Positions 9,541-20,546 are shown, numbered from the stretch's first letter. The stretch: 64,000 nucleotides of DNA from an uncultured Fastidiosipila sp. (GCA_963510375.1 CAUPES010000004.1:42619-106618); one strand, 5' to 3'. The notes: generated by a model from the letters alone, not told the origin. Numbers and translations: made by a program.

Positions 9541-10500
9541 ATGAAAGTTCGTAATTTCAAAAAGGCAACAGCTATAATTTTAGCTTTATCACTAAGTGTA
9601 TTAGGTTTGAGTTCCTGCCAAAACCAAAATACTCGTGACAGTAAGGAATCTGATTCATCAACAAGTACTGAGGTAAGTAAGAGTACTGAAGCAAGTTCCA
9701 ATGAAAAAGAAAGCTCAGAAACAACTGCAGATAATTCAGAAGAAACTTCTAGACCAATTGTTGTTATTGGCCCTATGGAATCTGAATATGCAATTTTAGA
9801 GGCTGCTTTAGAAAATCCTAAAGAAACATTAATTGGTCCATATAAATTTGTTCGTGGTACAATTTCTGGTCAAGATGTTGTTACACTTCGCTCTTACGTA
9901 GGTATGACAAATGCTGCTATAGTTACAACTCTAGCAATCCAAGAGTTCAACCCAAGTGCAGTTATTTTCCAAGGTACATCAGGTGGACATAACCCAGAAT
10001 ACCATCAAGGAGATATAGTTCTTGGTGAAAACATCATTAATATAGGTGCATACAACTCACCTCACAGAGATGCAGGTGAAGGTATTGACTTCAAAGATTG
10101 GGAAATGCCTGGAATTCAAATGAAATCTAATACTCCAGGTGAGTTTGAAGATGTAGAAGTTCTACATAGTGATGCAAAACTTCTAGCAATTGCTAAATCT
10201 GTAGCTTACGAACACGGTAATGTATATACCGGTACAATTAGTTCAGGTGATATCTGGAACAAAGAAATCGATAGAATTAACTACCTACACGAAAAATACG
10301 GTTCTGATACAGAAGAAATGGAAGGACACGCAGTAGCACAAGTTTGCTACCAATTTGATGTTCCAGTATTAGGTATAAGAATCCTAAGCAACAGTGAACT
10401 TCACACAGAGGAAGAGTTCGACCACATCTTCGGAGAGTACTGCCAAAAATTCAGTATAGATGTTATCAAGGCTATTGCGGCAGCAAATCAAGTTAAATAA
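9541..10500 (+). CDS. Lipoprotein with an MTA/SAH nucleosidase-like (PNP/UDP fold) domain
   Basis: Lipobox LSSC, S/T/E-rich linker, then VIGPMESE, VGMTNAA, GTSGG, GDIVLG, GTISSGD, EMEG, RILSN. Confidence 0.85.
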   Translation: MKVRNFKKATAIILALSLSVLGLSSCQNQNTRDSKESDSSTSTEVSKSTEASSNEKESSETTADNSEETSRPIVVIGPMESEYAILEAALENPKETLIGPYKFVRGTISGQDVVTLRSYVGMTNAAIVTTLAIQEFNPSAVIFQGTSGGHNPEYHQGDIVLGENIINIGAYNSPHRDAGEGIDFKDWEMPGIQMKSNTPGEFEDVEVLHSDAKLLAIAKSVAYEHGNVYTGTISSGDIWNKEIDRINYLHEKYGSDTEEMEGHAVAQVCYQFDVPVLGIRILSNSELHTEEEFDHIFGEYCQKFSIDVIKAIAAANQVK

Positions 10501-10533
10501 TTTAAAGTCTTAATTTAATTGATTATATTAATA

Positions 10534-10565
10534 AAGGCATTCAATCTCGAGATTGAATGCCTTTT
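10534..10565. terminator. Bidirectional terminator between convergent genes
   Basis: Palindrome AAGGCATTCAATCTCGAGATTGAATGCCTT. Confidence 0.75.
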
Positions 10566-10630
10566 ACATTGCTTGAAATAATTAAAAATTATATTTTAAT
10601 ATTTTTGATGTTTTTATACTTTAATACAAA

Positions 10631-11053
10631 TTAGTGTTCATTAGGATCGTTCTTTGCATCCTCATGTGTATCATGAACTGTTCCTGGAACATGATCAGGT
10701 TTTGCATAAATTGTGTACAACTTCATGACTTCATCACCAGTATTAACTATTTGATGCCAAGTTCCTGCTGGTACTAAAATAGCACTTTCAGGTTCAATCT
10801 TTTCTTCAAAAGTTAAATTGTCTTCAGCATCTCCCATTTTACAAACACCTGTTCCTTGTTCAATTCTTAGGAACTGGTCGCTTTCATTATGAACTTCTAG
10901 ATCTATATCATCTCCTGGTTGAATAGCTTGTACTGTTAGCTGGAAATTCTCACCTGTCCAGACAGCTACACGATATTTATCATTATCTAATGTCCACGCT
11001 TCCATATTTTCAACTAGACCTTGTTTGCCTCTATCTGTATATCTTTTATCCAT
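10631..11053 (-). CDS. Cupin domain protein
   Basis: LEVH...DQFLRIEQG and VPAGTWHQIVNTG cupin motifs. Confidence 0.88.
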   Translation of the reverse strand: MDKRYTDRGKQGLVENMEAWTLDNDKYRVAVWTGENFQLTVQAIQPGDDIDLEVHNESDQFLRIEQGTGVCKMGDAEDNLTFEEKIEPESAILVPAGTWHQIVNTGDEVMKLYTIYAKPDHVPGTVHDTHEDAKNDPNEH

Positions 11054-11300
11054 TCTTAGTACCTCCTATATACTTAATTTCTAGTAGTTCACCACTACTT
11101 TAGACTACAGTCTAATATTATCATCTAAATGAAAAATTGTTGAACTAGTGTAACGTCTATCCAATATTTTTGATTTGTTTATTATTTTTATAAACAAATT
11201 AAAACGGAGCGTTCTCAGCTATAATTTCTGTAGCGCTCCGTTTTTACTATTTAATTAGTTCAAGCTTTCGCCATAAGATGTTCTTCTTGATAAGCTTTTA

Positions 11301-14300
11301 CTATTTCTTCCTATTTAGCTTCCTTCTTACAACTACAATCACAAATGCTGTTGTTAAAAGAATTATTGCTAAGAAGTATGGAACATAGTTCACTTTAACA
11401 CCGGTTCTTGTTGCACCACTCTTACTTGATTGCTTGCTGTTTCCTTTGTCTGGAGAAGCTTTATCAGTATTTGATGTGCTTGGTTTGGTATTATTTTGAC
11501 CACTTGGCTTACTTTCAGTTCCTGCATCAGGTTTATTCTTATCAGGGTTTACTGAATGATCACCTTGTCCTGGAACATTAGGTTTACCTGGTACATTTGG
11601 TTTACCTGGTTCAAATGGTCTACCTGGCTCAAATGGTTTACCAGCTGCTTTAACACCTAGACCAAAGTTTGAGAAGCCATCTGTTGTAAAGCTAATTCTG
11701 TTACCTTCTTTTTTGAAGCTCAACTCTACTAATCCAGATTTAGTTTCATGTACCAAAACTGTCTTGTCTGATACATTTGTCTTTGGAGTAAATGCTAATT
11801 TAACTGTTCCATTAACCTTAATCTCTTCACCTTTATCATTCTCTAACTTGATATCATAGATTTCATTGAAGGTGTACTTATCGGTCTTAATTGCATTATT
11901 TGCTTTTTCTTTAAATACAATATTTACATCTTGATCCATCTTCAAGTTATTTTCTAAGATCTCTACATTTAACATCTTAGCCAAAGCGCCCTTGACAGTT
12001 AATTCAAATTTAACTTTTTCCAATTTAGCTATAGCATCATTTAATCTAGCTACAGCTTCATCTAGTTCTTCTTGGGCAGCTGCATTATCATTTAGAAGTT
12101 TTTCTGCTTTAGCAATCTCGTCTGTCAACCTCGCAAAGCTTTCTTTTGTGTACTTCTCAGCTTTAAGTTCTTTAGCTTTATCTACCAAGTTTCTTAACTC
12201 TGTGTAGTCAGTCAACTTCTCCCATTCTGCTACTAAAACAATGTCTTTATTAACCACTTCATCGCCTTTTAGTCCCAAACCGTTTAGTGTCCATCTTAAG
12301 AATTTATAACCGTTACGGCTTGGCTCTTCTGGGAGAGCGTCATTCAAGAGACTATTATTAGCAACTTTTTTGCTTGCAATTGCTGGAGCATTCTCATAAT
12401 TTAGATCAAATTCTATATTTCTAACCAGAACAAGTGCTGATTCCATAGCTTCTAATTTACGTAGTTCGTTGTCTACATGAACTTGATCTATCTCACTTGA
12501 ATCTAATACTTCTTTAGCACTTGCCAAAGCTGCATCAAGCATTCTCAAGCTATCTGCTGTGTACTTACTTCTATCAAGAGCACTTAACTCATTATACTTA
12601 TTCTGTAAGTTTTCTTTTTCTACAGTTTTTTCAACTGAGCCAAACAATTCAAATTCTTGGAGTCTTATTGCTCTTCCACCATCGCCACCTGTACCTGAGT
12701 CCAGAATGTTTACTCTAATGTAACGGGCTTTGCGTTGTGCGTTTGCTTTTAAATCTAACTCAACAACATCTTCTTCATTATCCGTAAATTTAGCTATTTC
12801 TTCCCAGTTATCAGGGTTACTAGCTACAGTTTCATCTGTTAATGTATTAGGATCTACACCTTCACGTAAAATTTCTACTGTAGCTGCTGCTGTGTTTATT
12901 CCTTTATCCTCATTCCACAACGTTTCGTAAGGATAAGCATTATGGAATTTAGCCAAGTCTAATATGTACTCTTGACCTAAGTCCAGAACAAACCAACCTG
13001 AAGCTGTAATTTCACCTGGGCACCATTTTGTATTTAGTTTTCCATCAACTACTTTGTCAATTTCTTCCCCTGGAGCTTCATATTTATTAGACTCGTTGTT
13101 TTCGTTATAAGCATTGTAAGCTAATACTTTTTTATTCAAAGCTATATTATCTTCACTGGCAACAGCAGTTCTTTCCAAGTTGTTGATAGCCTCAGCAAGA
13201 TTCTTAACTTGCTTTTCAACTTCTTCTTGAGAAGCACTTGGTAAATTAAATATTGCTTCAGCTTCTGCTATAGCTTGTTTTAGGTTCTTAATTGATTCAG
13301 CTGTATATCCTTTTTCTGGAATAGCTTTAGCTTTTTCTATAACCTTCGAAAGTTGATCTTTGTTAACATCAACTCTTGGAGTTACATAAACTGTAATGTC
13401 AACAGTCTTTACACTTTGGTCAGTGAAAGTAAGTTCCAGTTGAGCAGTATATTTACCAATTTTATTAGTATTTACGTTTTCTGATTTACTTACAATCTTA
13501 GTTCCAGCAGGCAAGTCTGCCTTATTAACCAAACCTTGCTCTAAATCTAGTTTCTCGCCCTCTTTGATGATAACATCTTGAGTCTTAGCTTTAAATTTAG
13601 CTTGTAAAGAACTATCTCTAACACCAACAATCTTCAATTCAGAAATTACACCAGCATTCCATCCTGCTGCTTCAGTCACTACAAATCTATAGTAACGATT
13701 TGTCAGTTTATCTAAATCTTTAGTTACTTGGAATTCTTTGTTTTCACTAAACTCTGCAACTGTCTTCCAATTTTCATCATTAGCCAAGAAGTTTTTATCC
13801 TTCAATTGTGCTTCTGTAGCTTCAACATTCAATACCTCAAGACGACCAGATCTTATGTTTTGGGCATAGAATTCTTCATCTTCTTCTCTATCAGAGTAGA
13901 GTATCCATTTATCTGCAACTGGACTCTCCCCTATATCAAAGGCTAGCCATAGTTTTTCGCGGTAACTACCACCAAAAGCTTCATATTGTGTTGTTATATC
14001 ACCATCAAAAGCTTTGCTATACTCACCATCTTTGCTTGATCCTAAAATTTTCGCATTAAGAGCCAGGTTCTCTTTTACTTCTTTGCCTTCACCTATTATG
14101 TAATTTGTTTTACCAACTAATTTACCTTCTGGATCAAAGTAATGAACAACAAAGGTTTCTGGCTCGGAAGCAGAGATTGGGTTTTTAACCATTGCTGTAC
14201 TTGAGTCATAAATCTTAGCTGTATATTTAGAATAATCACTCAAATTATCTTCTAAGATGAAGTCTGGAGCAATTACATCTTGTCCATCTATTTTCAATCC

Positions 14301-17300
14301 CTTTAGATCAAGATAGTTATTCTCACGAACCGTCTTATCACCCTTTAATGCTTTTAATACATCGTAGGTAGTGCCTTCAGAAACTTCATATTTAAGCTCT
14401 TCTGGAACTTTCGGATCGTTATAAGCAAGAGGTCTTTGCATATTGAATTTCAAGTTGTCTGATAAATCAGCATTATTACTTTGTAAAATACCTTTTGCAG
14501 TATCGAGAAGTTTTCTTTCAGCAGTATTCTCCATTAAGTCTAATTTGTTGCTTGATATATCAAAATATTTTAGATTCTTAGAATCTGCTATATCTTTGAA
14601 ATTAATCTTCTCTAAGGCTAGATCTGATATATCTAGATGCTCTAGTTCAGGAAGTTTACCTAATTCTATATTTCTTATAGATTTAGGAAGTTTTTCTACT
14701 TTCTTAAGTTTAGGATTTTCCCCTAATTTCAAAGTTGAAAGCTCTTTAAATTTATCCATACCAGTTAAGTCTTGAACATCTAAGCCTACTAGGTCCAATT
14801 CACCTTTATAGGTCTTTAATAGCTCACGGTATTTTCCGACTTGTGATTTAACAGCTTTTAATAGCTCTGGATCAGGGAAGTCTGTCTCATCAATGAAGTC
14901 TTTCAACTCAGTTATAGTATTATCCTTTATTTGTACAAGTAGAGGTTCTGATCTATTAGCTGAGTAATCAGTTAAGACAATCTGTACTAGACCTTCTTTC
15001 TTAGGTAAAGTCAATGGAGTCTTATTAGGGAAGTTTGCAGATTTTGCTCTTTCAAATACTTCAACTGGTTTTGTGAGATCTTCGAAATAGTATTCTAATT
15101 TATCCCAATCCTCAGTAATTGGTGAGTGTAGGTATAATTGATTTCCTTTTTCTAATTCCATTTCTTTAGCAGAATATGGTCTTGCATAGCTATCATTTAA
15201 TCTACCTCTATAGCTTGCTGAGGCTACACTTTGTCCTCCTACTATACTCTCAATAGTTAAATCGTATCTATAACCTTCTTTCAATGGAATATCTAGAGAT
15301 TCACTTACAGAACTGCCATCTACATTAAATTCAAATTTAGTTTCTTTCTCTGCGCCTTTAGGAACATAGAGTGCATTAACTGTTATTTTATAAGAATCAG
15401 GATTTCCGGCAGCTGGACTATTCCAAGACACATTAATCTTACCTTTTTCATCTGCCATCTGAACTTTATTTTCTCTCAAGACTTCTTTAACTTGAATATT
15501 TTGAACAGCCTGGCTTGTCGATAGACTAATCTCTGCTGGTGCACTATATTCACCATTTTTACCTATAGCGAAAAGTTGTAAAGTAATGTCACCACTTAAT
15601 CCATTTAAGTTCTTAACATAAATATTCTCATTATAATTACCACCTAAGAATACTTGTCTGCCTGATGAATCTTTAGCATAAACTTCGTACATATTGACTT
15701 CATCAAAACTTCCTAGTTCCCATGACAAGTGTAATTGTCCATCGTGGTAATGTTTATCAATATTAAATTTTGTTGGAGTAGCAGGAGCTTGATTACTATT
15801 GCTAATAGCTACTCGTCCAATGTTCATTTGATAGTTATCTGATTGACCATCAATTTGTAAGCTAATTTTGGCAATCTTTCTGCCTGCATAAGCAGATAGG
15901 TCAACCTTCTCACTAGTCCAATCACCAGCAGCTTGAGAATTCTTCAATTCTATAAGTTCTACTGCATCAGCTGCATCTTCAAATTGAAGTGCTAAGCTCA
16001 TCTTTGCACTATCGTTTGATACTTTTCTATAAGTAATATTAAGTTCACTAGAATTATCTACAGTAATATCAGTTTTGAATAAATTGACTTTATTACTTTG
16101 ATTTAATTTTCCGTACATTACAAGGGAGCTACCACCGTTATAAGCTCCTACTTGCTCATATCCTAAACTCATTGTTTGGTTATTAATATCAAATCTTACA
16201 TCTGATTTACCATAGTCGTAATCTACAGAAAGTTTATCTCCTGCGCTCTCGACCCACCATTGCCATGAAGGTAAAATTGATTGCAATGAGATATTAGTCC
16301 ATAACTCATCTTTTGAGACTTGACCATTTAAGAAATACTGGCGGCCTTTTCCTGTATTAAAGTCTGAGTAGAAATTGCTTCCACTAATTACTGATCTAGC
16401 TGGAGCAAAGTCAGCAACACCAGCCCAACCACCTGCATTATTTACAGCAACATCTGGTCTACTGAATCCAGATTTTCTTCCTGTGTCAGTTGGATCGGAT
16501 TTAACACCGGAGAAGTACATTCTTTCACGTTCTTCTACCATCCATTGGAATTGTGGTAATTGATAATCAGGATACTCTCCTTTACTGCCTTCAACTTTAA
16601 CACCTCTTTGATACATGTCAGATGGAGTAAATAGTGCTAGGGATGTAAGTGGACTCTTCTTGCCAGCGCTTGCGTCTTCATACAAGGTTTCAACTTTAGT
16701 TGAATCATGGTTACCACCAAAGCCACCTTGGTTAGCTTCTACACCCATAAATACTTGTTTGTATGGATCATAGTTATTCTTAACAGCATAATCATGACTT
16801 GATTTATCATACCAACCATAGTTAACAAAAACACTGTCAGAATGATTTAAATGTGCAGCTTTGCTTGCGTCAAATGAACTATTGGTATCATAGTAGTTTA
16901 CATACATGCCTTGTTGACGCAATTGATTGTTAAAGCCGTCCCAGTCTTTTTTATTACTATATTCTTCTGAGTTAATGAACCAACCATCAAATCCGTAATA
17001 GTTAGCCATCTTGACCATGTTATCAGCAATAATATAGCGACCATTTTTGTCTTTGATAAAGAATTCATCAACAGTTTGTCCTGGACGGAAAGAAGGGTCA
17101 ACATAGAGGATCGCAATGGATTTAACACCATTTCTATGTGCAGCATCAGTATATGCTGGGTTAGGTATATTTAATAAACCAAATTCAAATCCACGACTTC
17201 TCCAATCACTGGTTTTTGGATCATATAAAGCTGATGGAACCTCTGCAGTAGCAGCACCATGCCATGGTGACCAATAATCTACATATTGCCAGAATTGCAA

Positions 17301-17666
17301 AACATTCTCAGCATATGTATTGTTCAAAGTTGTACTATTGAAGAATGAATTTCCATAGTCAGCTTGCATTAACATAATTTCAGATTTTCCATCCAAATCA
17401 GGATTAATCTGTGTATTTTTGTTATGTTCAATTCTCTTCTGCAAAGGTACTCTTGAACGTAACATGTCAGCATAAGGATCTGTTTCTGGACTCCAGTTCA
17501 ACATGGAAACTGCCCTATATCCGACAAAATGTGGCTGAGCACTTCCCATATCTAGTGGCCAGTTGTCAGCCCCTAATTTAATAAAAAATCCGAAAGCTAA
17601 AAAGAACGCCAAAGTAAATAGTGTTAGCCTTTTAGCTTTGCGTTTTTTACTAATACTTTCTCTCAT
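11301..17666 (-). CDS. Cell-wall-anchored GH85 endo-beta-N-acetylglucosaminidase (EndoD/EndoA-like) with LRR, two F5/8-type-C (CBM32-like), FIVAR and InlB-B repeats
   Basis: FWQYVD, DAAHRNGV, catalytic YYGFDGWFINSE (N-x-E), ILPSWQW, AYNGGSSL; NLALNAK/NIALNKK...DG...TKW modules; YTAES repeats; Pro-rich linker, ATRTG, TM helix and basic tail. Confidence 0.92.
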   Translation of the reverse strand: MRESISKKRKAKRLTLFTLAFFLAFGFFIKLGADNWPLDMGSAQPHFVGYRAVSMLNWSPETDPYADMLRSRVPLQKRIEHNKNTQINPDLDGKSEIMLMQADYGNSFFNSTTLNNTYAENVLQFWQYVDYWSPWHGAATAEVPSALYDPKTSDWRSRGFEFGLLNIPNPAYTDAAHRNGVKSIAILYVDPSFRPGQTVDEFFIKDKNGRYIIADNMVKMANYYGFDGWFINSEEYSNKKDWDGFNNQLRQQGMYVNYYDTNSSFDASKAAHLNHSDSVFVNYGWYDKSSHDYAVKNNYDPYKQVFMGVEANQGGFGGNHDSTKVETLYEDASAGKKSPLTSLALFTPSDMYQRGVKVEGSKGEYPDYQLPQFQWMVEERERMYFSGVKSDPTDTGRKSGFSRPDVAVNNAGGWAGVADFAPARSVISGSNFYSDFNTGKGRQYFLNGQVSKDELWTNISLQSILPSWQWWVESAGDKLSVDYDYGKSDVRFDINNQTMSLGYEQVGAYNGGSSLVMYGKLNQSNKVNLFKTDITVDNSSELNITYRKVSNDSAKMSLALQFEDAADAVELIELKNSQAAGDWTSEKVDLSAYAGRKIAKISLQIDGQSDNYQMNIGRVAISNSNQAPATPTKFNIDKHYHDGQLHLSWELGSFDEVNMYEVYAKDSSGRQVFLGGNYNENIYVKNLNGLSGDITLQLFAIGKNGEYSAPAEISLSTSQAVQNIQVKEVLRENKVQMADEKGKINVSWNSPAAGNPDSYKITVNALYVPKGAEKETKFEFNVDGSSVSESLDIPLKEGYRYDLTIESIVGGQSVASASYRGRLNDSYARPYSAKEMELEKGNQLYLHSPITEDWDKLEYYFEDLTKPVEVFERAKSANFPNKTPLTLPKKEGLVQIVLTDYSANRSEPLLVQIKDNTITELKDFIDETDFPDPELLKAVKSQVGKYRELLKTYKGELDLVGLDVQDLTGMDKFKELSTLKLGENPKLKKVEKLPKSIRNIELGKLPELEHLDISDLALEKINFKDIADSKNLKYFDISSNKLDLMENTAERKLLDTAKGILQSNNADLSDNLKFNMQRPLAYNDPKVPEELKYEVSEGTTYDVLKALKGDKTVRENNYLDLKGLKIDGQDVIAPDFILEDNLSDYSKYTAKIYDSSTAMVKNPISASEPETFVVHYFDPEGKLVGKTNYIIGEGKEVKENLALNAKILGSSKDGEYSKAFDGDITTQYEAFGGSYREKLWLAFDIGESPVADKWILYSDREEDEEFYAQNIRSGRLEVLNVEATEAQLKDKNFLANDENWKTVAEFSENKEFQVTKDLDKLTNRYYRFVVTEAAGWNAGVISELKIVGVRDSSLQAKFKAKTQDVIIKEGEKLDLEQGLVNKADLPAGTKIVSKSENVNTNKIGKYTAQLELTFTDQSVKTVDITVYVTPRVDVNKDQLSKVIEKAKAIPEKGYTAESIKNLKQAIAEAEAIFNLPSASQEEVEKQVKNLAEAINNLERTAVASEDNIALNKKVLAYNAYNENNESNKYEAPGEEIDKVVDGKLNTKWCPGEITASGWFVLDLGQEYILDLAKFHNAYPYETLWNEDKGINTAAATVEILREGVDPNTLTDETVASNPDNWEEIAKFTDNEEDVVELDLKANAQRKARYIRVNILDSGTGGDGGRAIRLQEFELFGSVEKTVEKENLQNKYNELSALDRSKYTADSLRMLDAALASAKEVLDSSEIDQVHVDNELRKLEAMESALVLVRNIEFDLNYENAPAIASKKVANNSLLNDALPEEPSRNGYKFLRWTLNGLGLKGDEVVNKDIVLVAEWEKLTDYTELRNLVDKAKELKAEKYTKESFARLTDEIAKAEKLLNDNAAAQEELDEAVARLNDAIAKLEKVKFELTVKGALAKMLNVEILENNLKMDQDVNIVFKEKANNAIKTDKYTFNEIYDIKLENDKGEEIKVNGTVKLAFTPKTNVSDKTVLVHETKSGLVELSFKKEGNRISFTTDGFSNFGLGVKAAGKPFEPGRPFEPGKPNVPGKPNVPGQGDHSVNPDKNKPDAGTESKPSGQNNTKPSTSNTDKASPDKGNSKQSSKSGATRTGVKVNYVPYFLAIILLTTAFVIVVVRRKLNRKK

Positions 17667-17984
17667 AAAACGCCCTCCATCTGTGCAAATGATATTTTTC
17701 TGCTTTGCACACAGTTCAATAAATTAAACTTATACCTAATCATCAACATTGTCAATAAATTATGCGATATTGTTGTTTAATTTCAACAGTACTTTTTATT
17801 ATCAGTTATTTATTTAACTTTTGCGCTGTGCAATTATGTGTAAGCACTAAATAAATCTCTAAACCTTTATGCTTTTATACAAGAAAACGTTAAAACCAAT
17901 AATGATTTTAACGTTTTAATATTAGCTAATTTACTTTTTACTATATTTAAAGGCAAGAAATTAAAAATACTCCATTAAACCTTT

Positions 17985-18812
17985 CTACCCTTTAATAATA
18001 TCCGCACTAATCGGGTAGTGATCTGATGGATAAATACCATTTTTAGAAAATCTCTCCAATTTAACATTCTTCAATGACCAAGGTTTACTAACAAAAATAT
18101 GGTCAATTGGGGTACCTTCAATCTCTCCCTTAAAACCATGGAAACTCAAAGAATTATGTTGTTCTTCGTTCGTCATACTAGCAAATGAATTATTGAGCTC
18201 TGGATTATCTAATAAGCCTTTAATATCGTCCAAATCTGGCGTAGCGTTAAAATCACCTGTCAAAACTGACTCAAGGCCTTGGAAATGATAGGACTCAATA
18301 ATCTGACTCATAAGCAAGGATGCATTGATTCTGGCTTCAACTCCTGCATGGTCAAAGTGAGTATTCAAGAACACAAAAGACTGCATATCTACTTTACCTT
18401 CAAGAATAAAGAAACTTGCAATACGTTCCAGGTCGCCATCCCAACCTTTTGAATATTTGATATCAGGGGTTTCAGACAACATAAAACTATGTTCATATAA
18501 AACATTAAATCTATCTTTCTTGGCTAAGACAGGGGTCGCTTCGGTTCCCTCTTCCAGAGATCTTGGTTCGCCAAAGATAAAGTAAGTATCACTAAGCTCT
18601 TCTTTCACATCATTAAACATATGCTCTTGAGCTTCTTGTAAACCGATTAAGTCAGGGTTCACCTCTCTAATCAAGTCAAAAGCAACTGCTTTTCTTTCTG
18701 ACCAGACGTATGGATCATCTGGATTATCCATACGCAAGTTATAACTCAAAACTTTTATTGTATTCACACATTGTCTATTACTTGTGCATGTGCCATTTAA
18801 ATTCTCACTCAT
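17985..18812 (-). CDS. Endonuclease/exonuclease/phosphatase (EEP) family protein
   Basis: SYNLR, DLIGLQE, NTHFDH, LTGDFNA, IDHIF, SDHYP. Confidence 0.9.
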   Translation of the reverse strand: MSENLNGTCTSNRQCVNTIKVLSYNLRMDNPDDPYVWSERKAVAFDLIREVNPDLIGLQEAQEHMFNDVKEELSDTYFIFGEPRSLEEGTEATPVLAKKDRFNVLYEHSFMLSETPDIKYSKGWDGDLERIASFFILEGKVDMQSFVFLNTHFDHAGVEARINASLLMSQIIESYHFQGLESVLTGDFNATPDLDDIKGLLDNPELNNSFASMTNEEQHNSLSFHGFKGEIEGTPIDHIFVSKPWSLKNVKLERFSKNGIYPSDHYPISADIIKG

Positions 18813-18956
18813 ACTATCACCTTTTCTCTAGAAATATTCTTTCAACAGAAAACCCCAGGTATCTAATCAATTCTGTTATTTCAGTTTGATTTGTAATACT
18901 GGGGTCATAAATTAATTTTTCCTAATTTTCGTTTTCTAATTTCTTAAGCTTTCAGA

Positions 18957-19577
18957 TTAATTAAGTTTTGCTTCAAGATTTTCTAAAAACTCTAAATCAC
19001 CTTGAGGGTTGTGTACGACACTTTTACCATCAATTAAAGCCTTGAACATTGCTTCAGAAACTGTGTCAACGCTGATAAATTCAGGAATAAGTTCTAATGA
19101 CTTTCCTTCTGCTTCTAAAGCTCTAACGTAATCTTGGCTAGCCAAATACACATTGAAATATTGCGCTTGTGTAGCATCTAGGTAAATAAACTTTGGCATG
19201 TGTCCAACTGTTTCACCATCAGCATAATGTGCATATTCTGGTCTACGTGTATGCTCTACAAAATATTCTTTTGCTGCTGAAATATTCTCTAATAATCTCT
19301 TGTGTGCATCTGCAGAATTTAACTCTTCAGTTTGTGTTTCTAAATGTACAATGCTCTTCAATAGAACATCGATTTTTACTTTTTCCTGCATAGCTAGTGT
19401 ACGCTTAACATTAGGTGCTGTTTCATAGTGATTTCTCATCTTAACTAAAATATCACCTACAGTATATGTCTCAAATTCTTCTACAGGGAATTCATTTTCT
19501 TGCAAAACAGCTTCCTCAGCGTGCAAAGCTGATTTCAATTCATTCAATTCTTTCTCTACTAAATTTAAGTAAGTCAT
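18957..19577 (-). CDS. Hypothetical cytoplasmic protein
   Basis: 206-aa ORF with GAAAGGG RBS; no motif recognised. Confidence 0.7.
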   Translation of the reverse strand: MTYLNLVEKELNELKSALHAEEAVLQENEFPVEEFETYTVGDILVKMRNHYETAPNVKRTLAMQEKVKIDVLLKSIVHLETQTEELNSADAHKRLLENISAAKEYFVEHTRRPEYAHYADGETVGHMPKFIYLDATQAQYFNVYLASQDYVRALEAEGKSLELIPEFISVDTVSEAMFKALIDGKSVVHNPQGDLEFLENLEAKLN

Positions 19578-19665
19578 ACATTACCCTTTCTATTAAGTAC
19601 TATTCTTCTTTAGCACTAAACTTTTAAAATTTAGATTACCTTCTACATATTATACTAAATTTGAT

Positions 19666-20529
19666 TTATTTTCTTGACTTAATTGGTAATTCTTTAGCAT
19701 CTAGGTAAACTTGTGTATTCTCTTCAACTGATTTGGTAATAAAAGTACCACCACCGATAATTACTCCATCACCTATAACCGTATCTCCACCCAAAATCGT
19801 AGCGTTGGCATAAATAACCACCCTATTTCCAATGGTCGGATGACGTTTCACCGAACGCAAATCTCTCCCCTCTTTCAAGGATAATGCGCCTAAAGTCACA
19901 CCTTGATAGATTTTTACGTTATCTCCTATCACTGCACTCTCTCCAATAACAATTCCTGTACCATGATCGATGAAAAAGTTCTTACCAATTTGAGCACCAG
20001 GATGGATATCTACACCAGTTAGTTTGTGCGCATATTCCGACATTAACTTTGGGATTATAGGAACACCTGCTTCATAAAATGGATGTGCTAACCTGTAAAT
20101 TACTATAGCCTGATAAGAGAGATATGATATCGCAATTTCCATACGAGATTCTGCTGCCGGATCACCTTCATAAATAGCGTCAAGGTCACCTAGCAGAAGC
20201 TCCAATATTTCTGGCAGTTGAGCTAGATAATCATTTAAAATTCTTTTAGCTTCTTTGTGTCGCTCTGCTCTTTCTAGCTTTTTCAATTCTGGTTTCAAGT
20301 TAAGACTTCTGCATATCTCAACTTCCATTATCTCAACAAATTGAGCCAGCTCTGCCGACATATCCAAATGTTCTTTGTTAGAGAATACTGGAAAGATAAT
20401 AGATCGGATAAGCTCCAGAGCTTTCTCAACTTGAGCAATCTCTGGTATAGCTTCTGAACTCTCTTCGTTCAAATTATTTCTCTGACAAACTAAATCTAGT
20501 TCACTTAATACATTCTGATATCTATGCAT
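19666..20529 (-). CDS. cysE: Serine O-acetyltransferase (CysE/EpsC-type)
   Basis: GDPAA, TGVDIHPGAQIG, FIDHGTGIVIGE, KIYQGVTLG, KRHPT hexapeptide repeats. Confidence 0.94.
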   Translation of the reverse strand: MHRYQNVLSELDLVCQRNNLNEESSEAIPEIAQVEKALELIRSIIFPVFSNKEHLDMSAELAQFVEIMEVEICRSLNLKPELKKLERAERHKEAKRILNDYLAQLPEILELLLGDLDAIYEGDPAAESRMEIAISYLSYQAIVIYRLAHPFYEAGVPIIPKLMSEYAHKLTGVDIHPGAQIGKNFFIDHGTGIVIGESAVIGDNVKIYQGVTLGALSLKEGRDLRSVKRHPTIGNRVVIYANATILGGDTVIGDGVIIGGGTFITKSVEENTQVYLDAKELPIKSRK

Positions 20530-20546
20530 AAATATCTCCGATATGA

